Shown here: positions 8,551-18,200 of the stretch, piece by piece | Numbering within the stretch: position 1 is the stretch's first letter | Layout of the letters: the number at the start of each line of letters is the position of its first letter | DNA from: an uncultured Verrucomicrobiota bacterium | GTDB taxonomy: Bacteria; Verrucomicrobiota; Verrucomicrobiia; Limisphaerales; CAZZJO01 | Length of the DNA stretch: 64,000 nt | Direction: 5' to 3' | Assembly: GCA_964654645.1 (NCBI GenBank) | Contig: CAZZJO010000010.1 | Span: forward strand, 65,051 to 129,050 | Made by a program: the position numbers and the translations under genes | Notes under the pieces: model-generated | What the model saw: only the letters and a program-made list of their open reading frames with translations | Told to the model about the DNA's origin: nothing | Databases searched by the model: none

Positions 8551-11500
8551 TCAATAATCAACATCCCAAGAACCACCTCGATACGTAATGCCCACCGATT
8601 TGCCGAACTTGATACACAACGGGCAATACCCAACCTTGCCACTCAAACGCCCCTTGCCGTTAAATCGCAAACTGTCACCGCTCTTGACACCGACCATCTT
8701 GACTTCGCCTTTGATCGTCACAATACAAAGCGCCTCACCCAACACACCCGCCTTCATAACGCCACCATAAGTAGGACCTTCAATAAAATAAAATGCGCCC
8801 GCTCCTATCCCCGCTGAGATGTTAAACAAACATGAGGCAGGTATGCCCAGCGCGGCTTCCGATATGGGGATCCAACCTTCGCCATATAAATACCCACCCG
8901 TAAATGGCGGCGAGCCGAGCACAGATGCAACATCTGGGTCTATCATTTGAATCGGGTCAAGCGTACAAGTGCGTCCGAAGAAAATCCCACCAGCAAGATC
9001 ATACGACTGTATTTTGACCCCGCACACGGCAGCCAGGTAATTCTCGTACAGGCCAAAAGCAACTGCAGCATCCAACCTGTAGATCTTGAACGACTCGAAA
9101 TCGAGACCTCCAGTAACAGTAAAACTCCCAGCCATCCCCACAGGCTTGAGCGGGCTGGTCTGGAAGCTGAACTTGGTTGCAACATTTGCGCGCAGGTCCG
9201 GGCTGATCCAATCCAGCTCGACGTCATTTGCGCCCAGGGTGACCTCGGTGGCGGTATCGCCGCTGAACCCGCAGCCAGGTGTGGCAGACGAATCCAATTC
9301 CTTGATAATTAGATACGCGTTGAACTCCATATCCTCCGGCACACGCCACCTAAACCGGCCATCCAACCGTAGCATCTTAAGCGAGTTCCCATTTATGATA
9401 GCGTGACCGTCAATTTGGCCAGCCCCAATCACATCGCTCAAGTCCCCAAGTGCACTGTTAATCGTATTGTCAAGTTGCGCCAGTGTCTGCCCGATAAGAT
9501 GCCTGATAACCCCATTAAGCTGCTGGAACACACTGTCAACCGCCTCGCGATAAACGGCGTCTAGGTCATAGAGCCGCTGTTTGAGCGAGACCTGAATACC
9601 CGCCGCAACGGCAGTTTCGAGGAACCGTTCACGCACACGCGCCCGAATCAACTGTTTAATCTCATCAGCCGAGTAATGCAAAAACGGGTCGTCAATCGAA
9701 TAATTTAGGCCGTCAAAAAAGGCACGAATTTCCAAGCTTGCGCGCGTCGTTGCGTTGGTCAGTTCGCCAGCCGCAGCTTTGAGTTTTGTGTCCAGTTCCT
9801 GAGCGAATTCCTGGCCAAGCACGACTTTAGCACGGATTTCACCCAGAGCAGTCTGCACTTCTTTGAGCTTGGTGACGAGCTGTTGAATGGTAGGCTCGGC
9901 CTCTTTCATCAGATTGCTCAAGTGCGGTTCAGCAACCGCGCTCAGGAATTCCTCAGCCAGTTGCCCGACAAGCTCACCCACCAACTGCTTTGCAATCGGT
10001 CTCTGGCCATCCACCAACTTGAGCAGGCCATCCTTGACAGTGCCAAGCGGCACGCCATTTGTGCCCTTCGAAATGCTGTCCGTGATTGCACTAATTGCAT
10101 TGGTGACCTCGTCGAGCGTGTCCGCCAATTCCTTGAGCAGCCCCAGCGGTTGCGCTGCCCCATCAGCCAACGTAATCAACTGTCGTGACACGTTGGTGAG
10201 CACTGCGCCCGTACCGGATCCGATCAGGTAATTCGACAGCACAAGGCTGACCCGGTCAGGGAATTGGCCTCTCGACCCCGTTGGCAACAAATCCCATTCC
10301 CGCTGAAGCTGCCGATAAAGTGCGTCAATGGTCGGATCAACTGTTCGCTTGAAAACTTCGTCAAAAAATTCGTCTAGAATGCTGGCCAGCATGCGGTCTA
10401 GGTTTGCCGCGCCTTCAAACAACACATCACGCACCTCGGCACCGGCAGCATTTGCAAGCGCTTTGGCCACACCCAATTGCCCATCGATTGCGTTAAAGGT
10501 CATGTTGGCTAGGCTGATCTTTGGCAGGCCGTCATACTGGATACCAAAATCTAGCGATGCGTTGGCGGGGTCCATGTAGGTGATCTCATGCTGCACCTTC
10601 AATACAAGCAAGTCGTTGGTCACGCTTGTGAACGACTTGAACGTGCGCGTGCTGTCAGTCCAAACCAGCGGATAGTCAAAGTCAACTACATCAAGCCACA
10701 GTTTCTGCGCCCGTGGATGGTATTGCTGGGTCGGGTTGTTCCGGTAATGCGCCAGCTTGACCCCGGGCGGAAAACCGAAGTTGTCCTCATCAAAATAATC
10801 CGCCGTAAAGAAATCCTTGCCGCCAACCTGCCAGCCGTAATTTGGGTTGCCCGAGCCGGCGCGCGGCCAACCACCCGCAAGCCAGATCGGCGGCGCAGGC
10901 GTGACACCGTTTGTTCGCCCGCTGGTATGGATATGCACCTTAAGCTCTTCGAAGAACGGCACCTTCATCTTGCCGACAATGTTGATGAAGCCCGTCGGGG
11001 GCAAGTTGCCCGGGACCGCGTTCGAATAACTGCTGTAATACGCGTCAGCCACGGGCGTCACGGTGTATGCCGTGTTGGTCGGCCCGGTCAGCTTGAACCG
11101 GCTTGGCAGTTTCAGCCGCGAATCAACCCCCACCAACCCAAATGATTTCGGGATGAGATTGCCATTGGTTTGAAACCCCAAAAAACCTGTCAACGGCTCG
11201 TCAATGTGGCTTGCGTAAGCGCGCACACCAACAACAAGCAAGCCTTTCCCGGGTTCACACTCTTGGCCCGGATTGCTCTTGAACTGAATTGCAAGCGGCT
11301 CGAAATCAGCATTCCACCATGCAAGTTTCTTGAACCCCTGGCTGGCCGGGGCAACCTTCGCGCCAAGCAGCGCACCTACACAACTGAACTGCATCTCCTC
11401 AAAATCAAGTGTGAAATCCGACGGATACGGTACCTTCAGGTAGCCTGCCGTGCGCGAGTCAACGTTTTGACTGTCCAGATACGCAACGCCGTAGTTGGCA

Positions 11501-14496
11501 AACACAACCTGGTAACCCAGCAGGTTAATTTCCGACGGGAACGATCCCGGAAATGCTTCATGCATCCCAGATACACCCCCCAGCCGCGCATAGTACTTCG
11601 AACAACCGCTCAGGTCGTATGGCCCCACGGCGCGCCCTGCCAACACGCTGATTGCCTGACGCCACCGGTTCGAATACACGCGGAAATTCAGCCCAGCATA
11701 GTCTGCCAACCCCAAAAGGTACCCGGGTGAAATGGGCCGTTCGGTATAGGCCGGGTCACTCGCCAACACGCCGCTCAACAGGATTGTTGCAGGCCCGTAC
11801 TCACTCGGCTGCAGATTATGGTCGCCGCGCACAAAATGCCCCGGTACATGCAACGCTGCATTTGTAAAATTGAAGACACGCTGCGCAAATGTACCTGCGC
11901 CCGGGATAAACCCCCAGGAAAGCGTATGACTCGGGCTAAGCGGCCCATCCGCAACAAGACCGCCATCAGACGTGAACCGCAACCTGCCATCAGCAGGTAC
12001 CAAAACCGGGTAGTTCGTCATTACAGCAGCATCGCAACCCGGACATGTGGTTGTGTACGGAACAGTTACGGTTGCAACCCCGCACAATGCGCTGTTTGTG
12101 TCAGGCACGCACAAGTCGCGCTCGACGCGCAGGCTTCCCCCGTTTGTCCACACAATCATCACATCGTAAGGGAAATGCGTCCTGAACGACCCGTTGTTTA
12201 GCTGGATTGTGAAGCTTAACTCTGCTGCGCCACTTGCACTGGCATGCACAGTCGGCGAAACTGTCACGCTTGAGGGGTTAATAAACTGATAGTACCCACT
12301 ATTATCCCGTTTGAACGACATATTGGGCGGGTCAACTGTGTTCGAGCTGTAATACGCCTGATAATAGTTCTCCAGAAATCGGGTGTGGATCACGAACACG
12401 TTCGATATGCCGATTGTAAATGTGCCCGTGCCTGTGTTCCACGTGAGCGCATCTGCAACAATCCAAAGCGGTTTCGACTCTTCCGAGCAAAAGACATAGC
12501 CGCCCGGGGCATAACTCAAAGTCCCTGCCGTGGGCGCAAGATTTTGACCCAGGGCAATATTGGCAAACTCAAGCGTGCTAAAATGATAACGTAGGGTGTC
12601 AAAGTTTGCATTGTTTGTCGTGTAACCAAACCCCGACGGCAATGCCACCGTCAGATTCGCGCGCGCGCCTGTCGTGCTCAATGTAATCGGGCCGCGCGTA
12701 AAACGCACATTCTCCAATACAGCCGTGTCCGGGCTGGGTGCATTCAGCACAACCGACCCGGAGGCAAGCACCGCATTGCCATTGGTTAATAACCGGACGT
12801 TAAGCGGTGTGCCGTCGCCGTATGTGTGCGCCGGATTACCTGTAACAAAACCACTATTGTTAGTCACAGCCAGCACGGTGTTGATAAAGCCTGCCCCCAA
12901 GGTGCCGGGCGCAGGGTGATTACCCAAAGTGCTGAACCGGGTCTCGATAGCGCCAAAATACAGCCGGCCATTGAAATGCAACAGCCGTTCAGTGGTACTG
13001 TTGGTTGTGTTACCAACCAATGCAGGCTGCCCGGGTTCGTTCGTGTGCGAAATTGTAACCCGCAGGTAATAAGTCTGATTAACAGAATCAAGCTGACCGG
13101 CAGGTTCAACCGGCACGTCAATATTGTACGTCTGCGCATACGGCACCGGGGGATTACTGGTGCCGGGCTGATAACTGTAGCTCCCCAAATTCAGCACAAC
13201 ACGGTTTGTCTTTGTGGCAACCGGCACACCGTTACTGGCAAAAAGCGTGTATTCGAGCGCAAGTGGATAAAACGTTACCATATTGACTCCGCCGAAATTG
13301 TCGTACCGGTGTGTCTCAAAGTTCACACGGAAAATGAAATTGCTCCGGTTCGGCGCGCCATTAACCATGTAAATGCGGTTCGTCTGCACGCTGTTCAACC
13401 GCGTAAGGATATTCAACGCAGCGTCGCCACTGACCATGTTGGTAAAGTGGAAAAACTGGTAGGGACCATCGGTGCACACCAGGCCAGTATCAATACCACC
13501 CCGGAACAACCGGCACTCGATTGTGTACGTGTCGTACGGGTTAAGCCGCGCAGCAGGCCGGATCGCAGCAAAATTCGTCAAGGTGAGCCGCTGCCCACCA
13601 CCAACGTTTGCGTTCGTCAGTAGGTTGTACGTGTAGGTCACATTCGTGAGGCCGTTGGTTTCGTAAATCGGGAAGGCCACACCGGCAGAGTTCAACAAAC
13701 GGTATTGCAACCGGTAAGTGATGTTGCTCGGCGCAGGCGTAAAGTTCTCAGCGACAAATACCGCACGCACACGGAGTGCATAGCGGTGGTACGCAGGACT
13801 GTTCGATAGCGCATCGGCATCTATCACATACCCTGTGTAGTTTGTGAGCGTCAAACTGCTGAACTGCTCCATGATCGGCGCCGTGCCGGCTGTTACCTCG
13901 ATGTCGTCCAGATACCAACCTTCGTAGTTTATTATGGAATCGCTCACGAACTCGAACCGCAATGTACGCGTTGTTCCAGCAAATGCATTGAGGTTGGTGC
14001 TGACCTCGGTCCAATTGCCGATCGCAACACCGTTTGACCATAATACAGTGCTGTCCAACAACACACGGCAATAGTCCCATCCGGTCTCGATACTCGGCAC
14101 AAGATTCCAAAAACGCAGGTTCACTCGGGAATAACCACTGAGGTTTATGGTGCGGCTCATGTAGGCTGTCATGTAGTTGGTGTACCGCGGCGCGTTTGTT
14201 GCGCCGGCGTAGCCGATACCCGCACAGTAACCTTTCCAATTCCCACTTCGCGGTGACTGCCCGCCAAATGCAGCGTCAACTTTATCCCAATACGACGGAC
14301 TTCCGTTAGGGTTACCATCTCCTACATTCCAAGAACCAGGGAAAATCCCCTCGAACCCCTCTGATACAATGGTGGTCTGCCCCACACAAACTGAAAGAAA
14401 GGCAAATAACAATGAGGCTACCCCCACCGCAATCAACTCAGAAAAGCTAAGTCGATTTTGCAGCCCCCAAATTTGACATGCTGCGTTTTTTCCCAC
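8551..14496 (-). CDS. Giant exported protein 1 of the operon (1981 aa): signal/anchor, jelly-roll lectin-like (MAM/LamG-like) domain, ~1100-aa beta-rich region, ~360-aa amphipathic helical region, Gly-rich beta C-terminus; function unknown
   Basis: Uninterrupted 5.9-kb ORF with a GTG start at 14496. Hydrophobic stretch 'LIAVGVASLLFAFLSVCVG'. Jelly-roll-type boundary motifs 'SEGFEGIFPGSWNVGD...' and '...YEGWYLDDIEVTAG'. Helical segment 'LGVAKALANAAGAEVRDVLFEGAANLDRMLASILDEFFDEVFK...'. C-terminus '...GIGAGAFYFIEGPTYGGVMKAGVLGEA...GYCPLCIKFGKSVGITYRGGSWDVDY'. Confidence 0.8.
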   Translation of the reverse strand: MGKNAACQIWGLQNRLSFSELIAVGVASLLFAFLSVCVGQTTIVSEGFEGIFPGSWNVGDGNPNGSPSYWDKVDAAFGGQSPRSGNWKGYCAGIGYAGATNAPRYTNYMTAYMSRTINLSGYSRVNLRFWNLVPSIETGWDYCRVLLDSTVLWSNGVAIGNWTEVSTNLNAFAGTTRTLRFEFVSDSIINYEGWYLDDIEVTAGTAPIMEQFSSLTLTNYTGYVIDADALSNSPAYHRYALRVRAVFVAENFTPAPSNITYRLQYRLLNSAGVAFPIYETNGLTNVTYTYNLLTNANVGGGQRLTLTNFAAIRPAARLNPYDTYTIECRLFRGGIDTGLVCTDGPYQFFHFTNMVSGDAALNILTRLNSVQTNRIYMVNGAPNRSNFIFRVNFETHRYDNFGGVNMVTFYPLALEYTLFASNGVPVATKTNRVVLNLGSYSYQPGTSNPPVPYAQTYNIDVPVEPAGQLDSVNQTYYLRVTISHTNEPGQPALVGNTTNSTTERLLHFNGRLYFGAIETRFSTLGNHPAPGTLGAGFINTVLAVTNNSGFVTGNPAHTYGDGTPLNVRLLTNGNAVLASGSVVLNAPSPDTAVLENVRFTRGPITLSTTGARANLTVALPSGFGYTTNNANFDTLRYHFSTLEFANIALGQNLAPTAGTLSYAPGGYVFCSEESKPLWIVADALTWNTGTGTFTIGISNVFVIHTRFLENYYQAYYSSNTVDPPNMSFKRDNSGYYQFINPSSVTVSPTVHASASGAAELSFTIQLNNGSFRTHFPYDVMIVWTNGGSLRVERDLCVPDTNSALCGVATVTVPYTTTCPGCDAAVMTNYPVLVPADGRLRFTSDGGLVADGPLSPSHTLSWGFIPGAGTFAQRVFNFTNAALHVPGHFVRGDHNLQPSEYGPATILLSGVLASDPAYTERPISPGYLLGLADYAGLNFRVYSNRWRQAISVLAGRAVGPYDLSGCSKYYARLGGVSGMHEAFPGSFPSEINLLGYQVVFANYGVAYLDSQNVDSRTAGYLKVPYPSDFTLDFEEMQFSCVGALLGAKVAPASQGFKKLAWWNADFEPLAIQFKSNPGQECEPGKGLLVVGVRAYASHIDEPLTGFLGFQTNGNLIPKSFGLVGVDSRLKLPSRFKLTGPTNTAYTVTPVADAYYSSYSNAVPGNLPPTGFINIVGKMKVPFFEELKVHIHTSGRTNGVTPAPPIWLAGGWPRAGSGNPNYGWQVGGKDFFTADYFDEDNFGFPPGVKLAHYRNNPTQQYHPRAQKLWLDVVDFDYPLVWTDSTRTFKSFTSVTNDLLVLKVQHEITYMDPANASLDFGIQYDGLPKISLANMTFNAIDGQLGVAKALANAAGAEVRDVLFEGAANLDRMLASILDEFFDEVFKRTVDPTIDALYRQLQREWDLLPTGSRGQFPDRVSLVLSNYLIGSGTGAVLTNVSRQLITLADGAAQPLGLLKELADTLDEVTNAISAITDSISKGTNGVPLGTVKDGLLKLVDGQRPIAKQLVGELVGQLAEEFLSAVAEPHLSNLMKEAEPTIQQLVTKLKEVQTALGEIRAKVVLGQEFAQELDTKLKAAAGELTNATTRASLEIRAFFDGLNYSIDDPFLHYSADEIKQLIRARVRERFLETAVAAGIQVSLKQRLYDLDAVYREAVDSVFQQLNGVIRHLIGQTLAQLDNTINSALGDLSDVIGAGQIDGHAIINGNSLKMLRLDGRFRWRVPEDMEFNAYLIIKELDSSATPGCGFSGDTATEVTLGANDVELDWISPDLRANVATKFSFQTSPLKPVGMAGSFTVTGGLDFESFKIYRLDAAVAFGLYENYLAAVCGVKIQSYDLAGGIFFGRTCTLDPIQMIDPDVASVLGSPPFTGGYLYGEGWIPISEAALGIPASCLFNISAGIGAGAFYFIEGPTYGGVMKAGVLGEALCIVTIKGEVKMVGVKSGDSLRFNGKGRLSGKVGYCPLCIKFGKSVGITYRGGSWDVDY

Positions 14497-15271
14497 TTAT
14501 ACTTTTGAGTTATTAAATCACTCGCTTTGAACGCTAGCCATAAGATGCGGGAATTCTCCCACTCTAAAGGCATCGCACCCACTCTATTCAAGGCACACAT
14601 AATCTATCGGGTCAAGCACTTTTCTCACTCAGCCAATTCCACCCTATCCTGACTACACCTTGCACAACATTTTTATAAGCACCTGCCAAAAGCCGAGTTT
14701 ACAAGTACACCCTGCTTAACCGCTTCAACACAGAGCGGCAAAAACATCTACTTACATTCCAATACTAACACACCATTTCGAAAAGCCGACCTTCAATCAT
14801 AAGCGCGCTAAACAAAACTGCCGGTGCTCCCCAATTTTGCTGGTCAAACGCTAAACCGTAAATTACAGTATGGGATGGAAAATCAACGAGTCCCTACCCA
14901 AAACTCCTGGATAAAAATGCATGAAGGACGAAACCCTCCTGGTTTGTTTTCTAGCGATCCTGGTTATGACAATTGTTAAACCTTACTCACATTCGGGATG
15001 CGCATGTGCGGTCCAACACCCTCAGGCCTCATAATCAAACGTTTACACCAACTACCACAAAAACCTACAACCCATACGCCCTTAATCATGAAAAACTTCC
15101 CTAAACTTCGTGGCGCTACCAGAGTAAGTTGTGAGGTAAAATACTTTTGCTCGCTAAGTTTTATATGCCGACTCAACCCCGGTGCTGGAAAAGTAAGATA
15201 TCCACGCAATGCACAGCACCACCCGTGGACAAATTTACACCACATCATTATTTGCTGTTTCCACTTATTTC

Positions 15272-18200
15272 TTACTCCATCAAGGTAACCCCAAGAAGTC
15301 CAATTATAACTTCATTTGCGGAAGCGCTAACCGTAAGGTTTTTGAGCTCAGAGCTAGGATATAGCGGGATAGCCAAAACCGTGCCGGCGCCTCCAGGGAC
15401 GTGTCCACCTTTACCTTTGAATGCTACCGGATCTAGCACTCGGACGATCCCACTTTTCAGGTTTACGCGCGGCGGAATAGCTTCCGGCCTCATAAAGGCG
15501 AAATCGTCTATGAAATAGTCCTGCTCAATCGGCCACCAATTGACGGGGTTTTCCAAATCTACATCTGTGAGCTTACCGTCTTTGTAAGCGATTTTAATAT
15601 GGCCATTAACAAATCTACTTTGCATATGAGTGGTGGTCCCTACCATAAAGAGAAAGCACCATTTTGCGCGCCCGCTCAATGGAATTGTGACTGAATTTGG
15701 GTAATTATCCCATTTGGAAACGAATACTACATTTGGCGCGTTTGCCTGCGTGGAAATCAGGAAAGGTATCCCGTTAGGCATTGTAAATATACCTTCGCGA
15801 ATAGCAGCTAAGTTGCGCAAGCCCGAATCATCTATAGTAGGTTTTAAGTTAAAGTCACACCAACCACCAATGCCTTGCTTTGGGATTGATAATGAACAAA
15901 AAGGTGACCGTGGGGAGAGATACTCGTTCTCAAATATTCTGCTGAGCTGTTCATTGTAGAACTGACTCAAATCGACGGTCCTAAGACGCGCATTTGGCTT
16001 TATTGGTACTGTCCAGTCAAATTCAATCCCCAAAACTCGATTTGTGCGTGGAATTATCTCAATGGATATCGGTTCCCACCAACCCAGCTCATCCTGGACC
16101 AAATTAACAAACAGGGTTTTATATCCCCCAACACCAGACTTCAAATTAAAGCTGGCTTCATGACTTGTTATGCGAGATTTGCTAAGCACATCTTGGGGGT
16201 CATCAAATCCATTGATAATGGCTTTCTTAGGGCGGATGGTTATTTTTCCACCAGCAGGTACCCGGTAAACCCTTGAAATTTTTTCGCAGGAGTCCCCATC
16301 CCACCTGATCGAAAATGAACAAAAGTTAGTGGGCGGAAAAATCACCTCGATCATCGGATGACCAACAGAGTTCGTATCTACTAAAAGCTGTGCACCAGAT
16401 ACTCCTTGCTTAAGGAGGCAAGGCCTGCTCGTCCGGGCAGACAATCGAAACTTTATCCGAGCGGGATGCGGAAACCGCGACGTAAACTTATAGGAAGACT
16501 CTTCAGCGTTTTTACGGAAATCCAGGCGGAAATCTGGATGGTTAAAATGGAGCCACTGCCATGAATCTGGCCAGCCTGGCACGATAACAATTTCTCCGCC
16601 AGGCAAATTAGGTCGTACACCAACAAGCCCTTCAACAATTGCACGAGCAGCGACACCAATCCCATCGGCAAAATCGCGTTGTGCTTCCCGCCTTGCTACA
16701 TCATACGAAAGAGTCATTCCTATGTTTCCAGGGCAAAGTCCTGAATACATGGTAGAAATAATTGCACCTTTAAACAAAGGGAAGGCACGATCAACTCTGT
16801 TTGCTTGCCAATACGCCAGTGCCATGTGCAAACACTCTGCTACGACTATATTGTTAACCGACCACATATATGGCATCCAACTAGTGGTGGAAAGCACGTA
16901 AAGGTCTTCCTTTGGAATTCCAGGACCAATAACCGGGATGTGCGGGATCTGTGTATCAACGTATCTCGTCATTAGCCAGTGTTTTAATGAAGAACCGAGT
17001 TCCGAGTCGATTGCGTGATACACTGTCCATAAGGCAGCATTGGTATGTAAAAGTTGGTCACCGATAACATCACGATACTCTGCATAGCAACCGGTATCTG
17101 AAGACCACAAAAGGCTTTCAGCGGCGCGGTAAATCCTCTCGGCCTCATGCAAAAGCTCTTCAGCCCCTTCTAACCCAAAACGCACACCCCACTCACCGAG
17201 TGTTTTAAACGCCAAGTAGTTATAGGCGGTCGAATGGGTTACACCGCCGCCGTTGTACTGTAAATTATCGCTTGCCCAAATGCAGGCGTACGCCTCATAC
17301 AAGGGCAGTTTTTCTTGCCCAAACTGGCGCCGAAATAGCCGTTTTTCCCATGCAAAATGGCGCATTAATACTGGCCAGTATTCGCGAATCTTTTCCAACT
17401 CACCCGTCCATCGGACATGTCGAATTAATCCATCGACCGCAACCAAATTCATATCATAATGAGAACGTGTCATGTTTCCGTTTGAGTGTAGTGCGCGTTC
17501 GCATCGAGAAAGATTAGAGTCTTCGTCAGGACCTGGGAACGTTTCGGGGATGGGGTTAGTATTTTGGGTCTGCACATAACGCAAAATATGTAGAAAAGTG
17601 CGTTCGTGCTGGCCCAATGCATCTCCTGCATATAAACCTCGCCACCCCAAGAGTGGTACCCGCCATGCTACCGCTCCATGAAAGTACGACCGGGTCGTTT
17701 CATCCCAGATCGCCTCAGCAGCAATATTTAACGCAGATACAGCTAATTGGATGAACTGATCCGGACAATCTATTTCCACCCTCTTTATTATTCGCTGCCG
17801 TCTAGTTTCAGCCATCTCAAAAGCCTTTTCCATCTCCTCAAGAGGCCACCTTTTTTCAACCTCAGCTAACTCATTACTAAATTGCGACCGACAAATGACC
17901 AGATAATATGGCTCAGCATTAAGTAGATGCACACGCCCTATTAATACAGGGAGCGAAACAGCATGGTTGGTTGATAATAACAAACCAACTAAACTGTTCC
18001 ATTCATGTGCATTCGCCACAAACATTTTCGTTGTTTTCGATACAGCACCCACTAAAGACACCCGGGGACTGGTTACTAAGAATGCCCGTTCAGTGAACTT
18101 AAAATGATTGTTAGTGCAAAATTCAGGCCGAAGCTGAAGTAATACATTGACGGGGGCGGCCTCACATCCAATATCCGCGTTACGGCGGAAACGTTGCCCG

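Noticed and set aside
8421-8642. 74-codon N-terminal extension of giant gene 2 that overlaps the 3' end of giant gene 1
   Set aside because: The extension has no signal-like features ('MARLGIARCVSSSANRW...'). A canonical signal peptide begins at the internal ATG at 8420. A 92-nt out-of-frame overlap is less parsimonious.
12826-13623. 265-aa plus-strand ORF. Similar ORFs: 10588..11145, 11170..11730, 11818..12201 and 3430..3960 on the plus strand, and 13748..14239 on the minus strand in another frame. All lie inside the giant genes.
   Set aside because: Each lies wholly inside a much longer ORF that has coherent protein-like composition. Their products are Arg/Cys/Pro/His-rich nonsense, typical of antisense or off-frame reading. 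No start context supports them.
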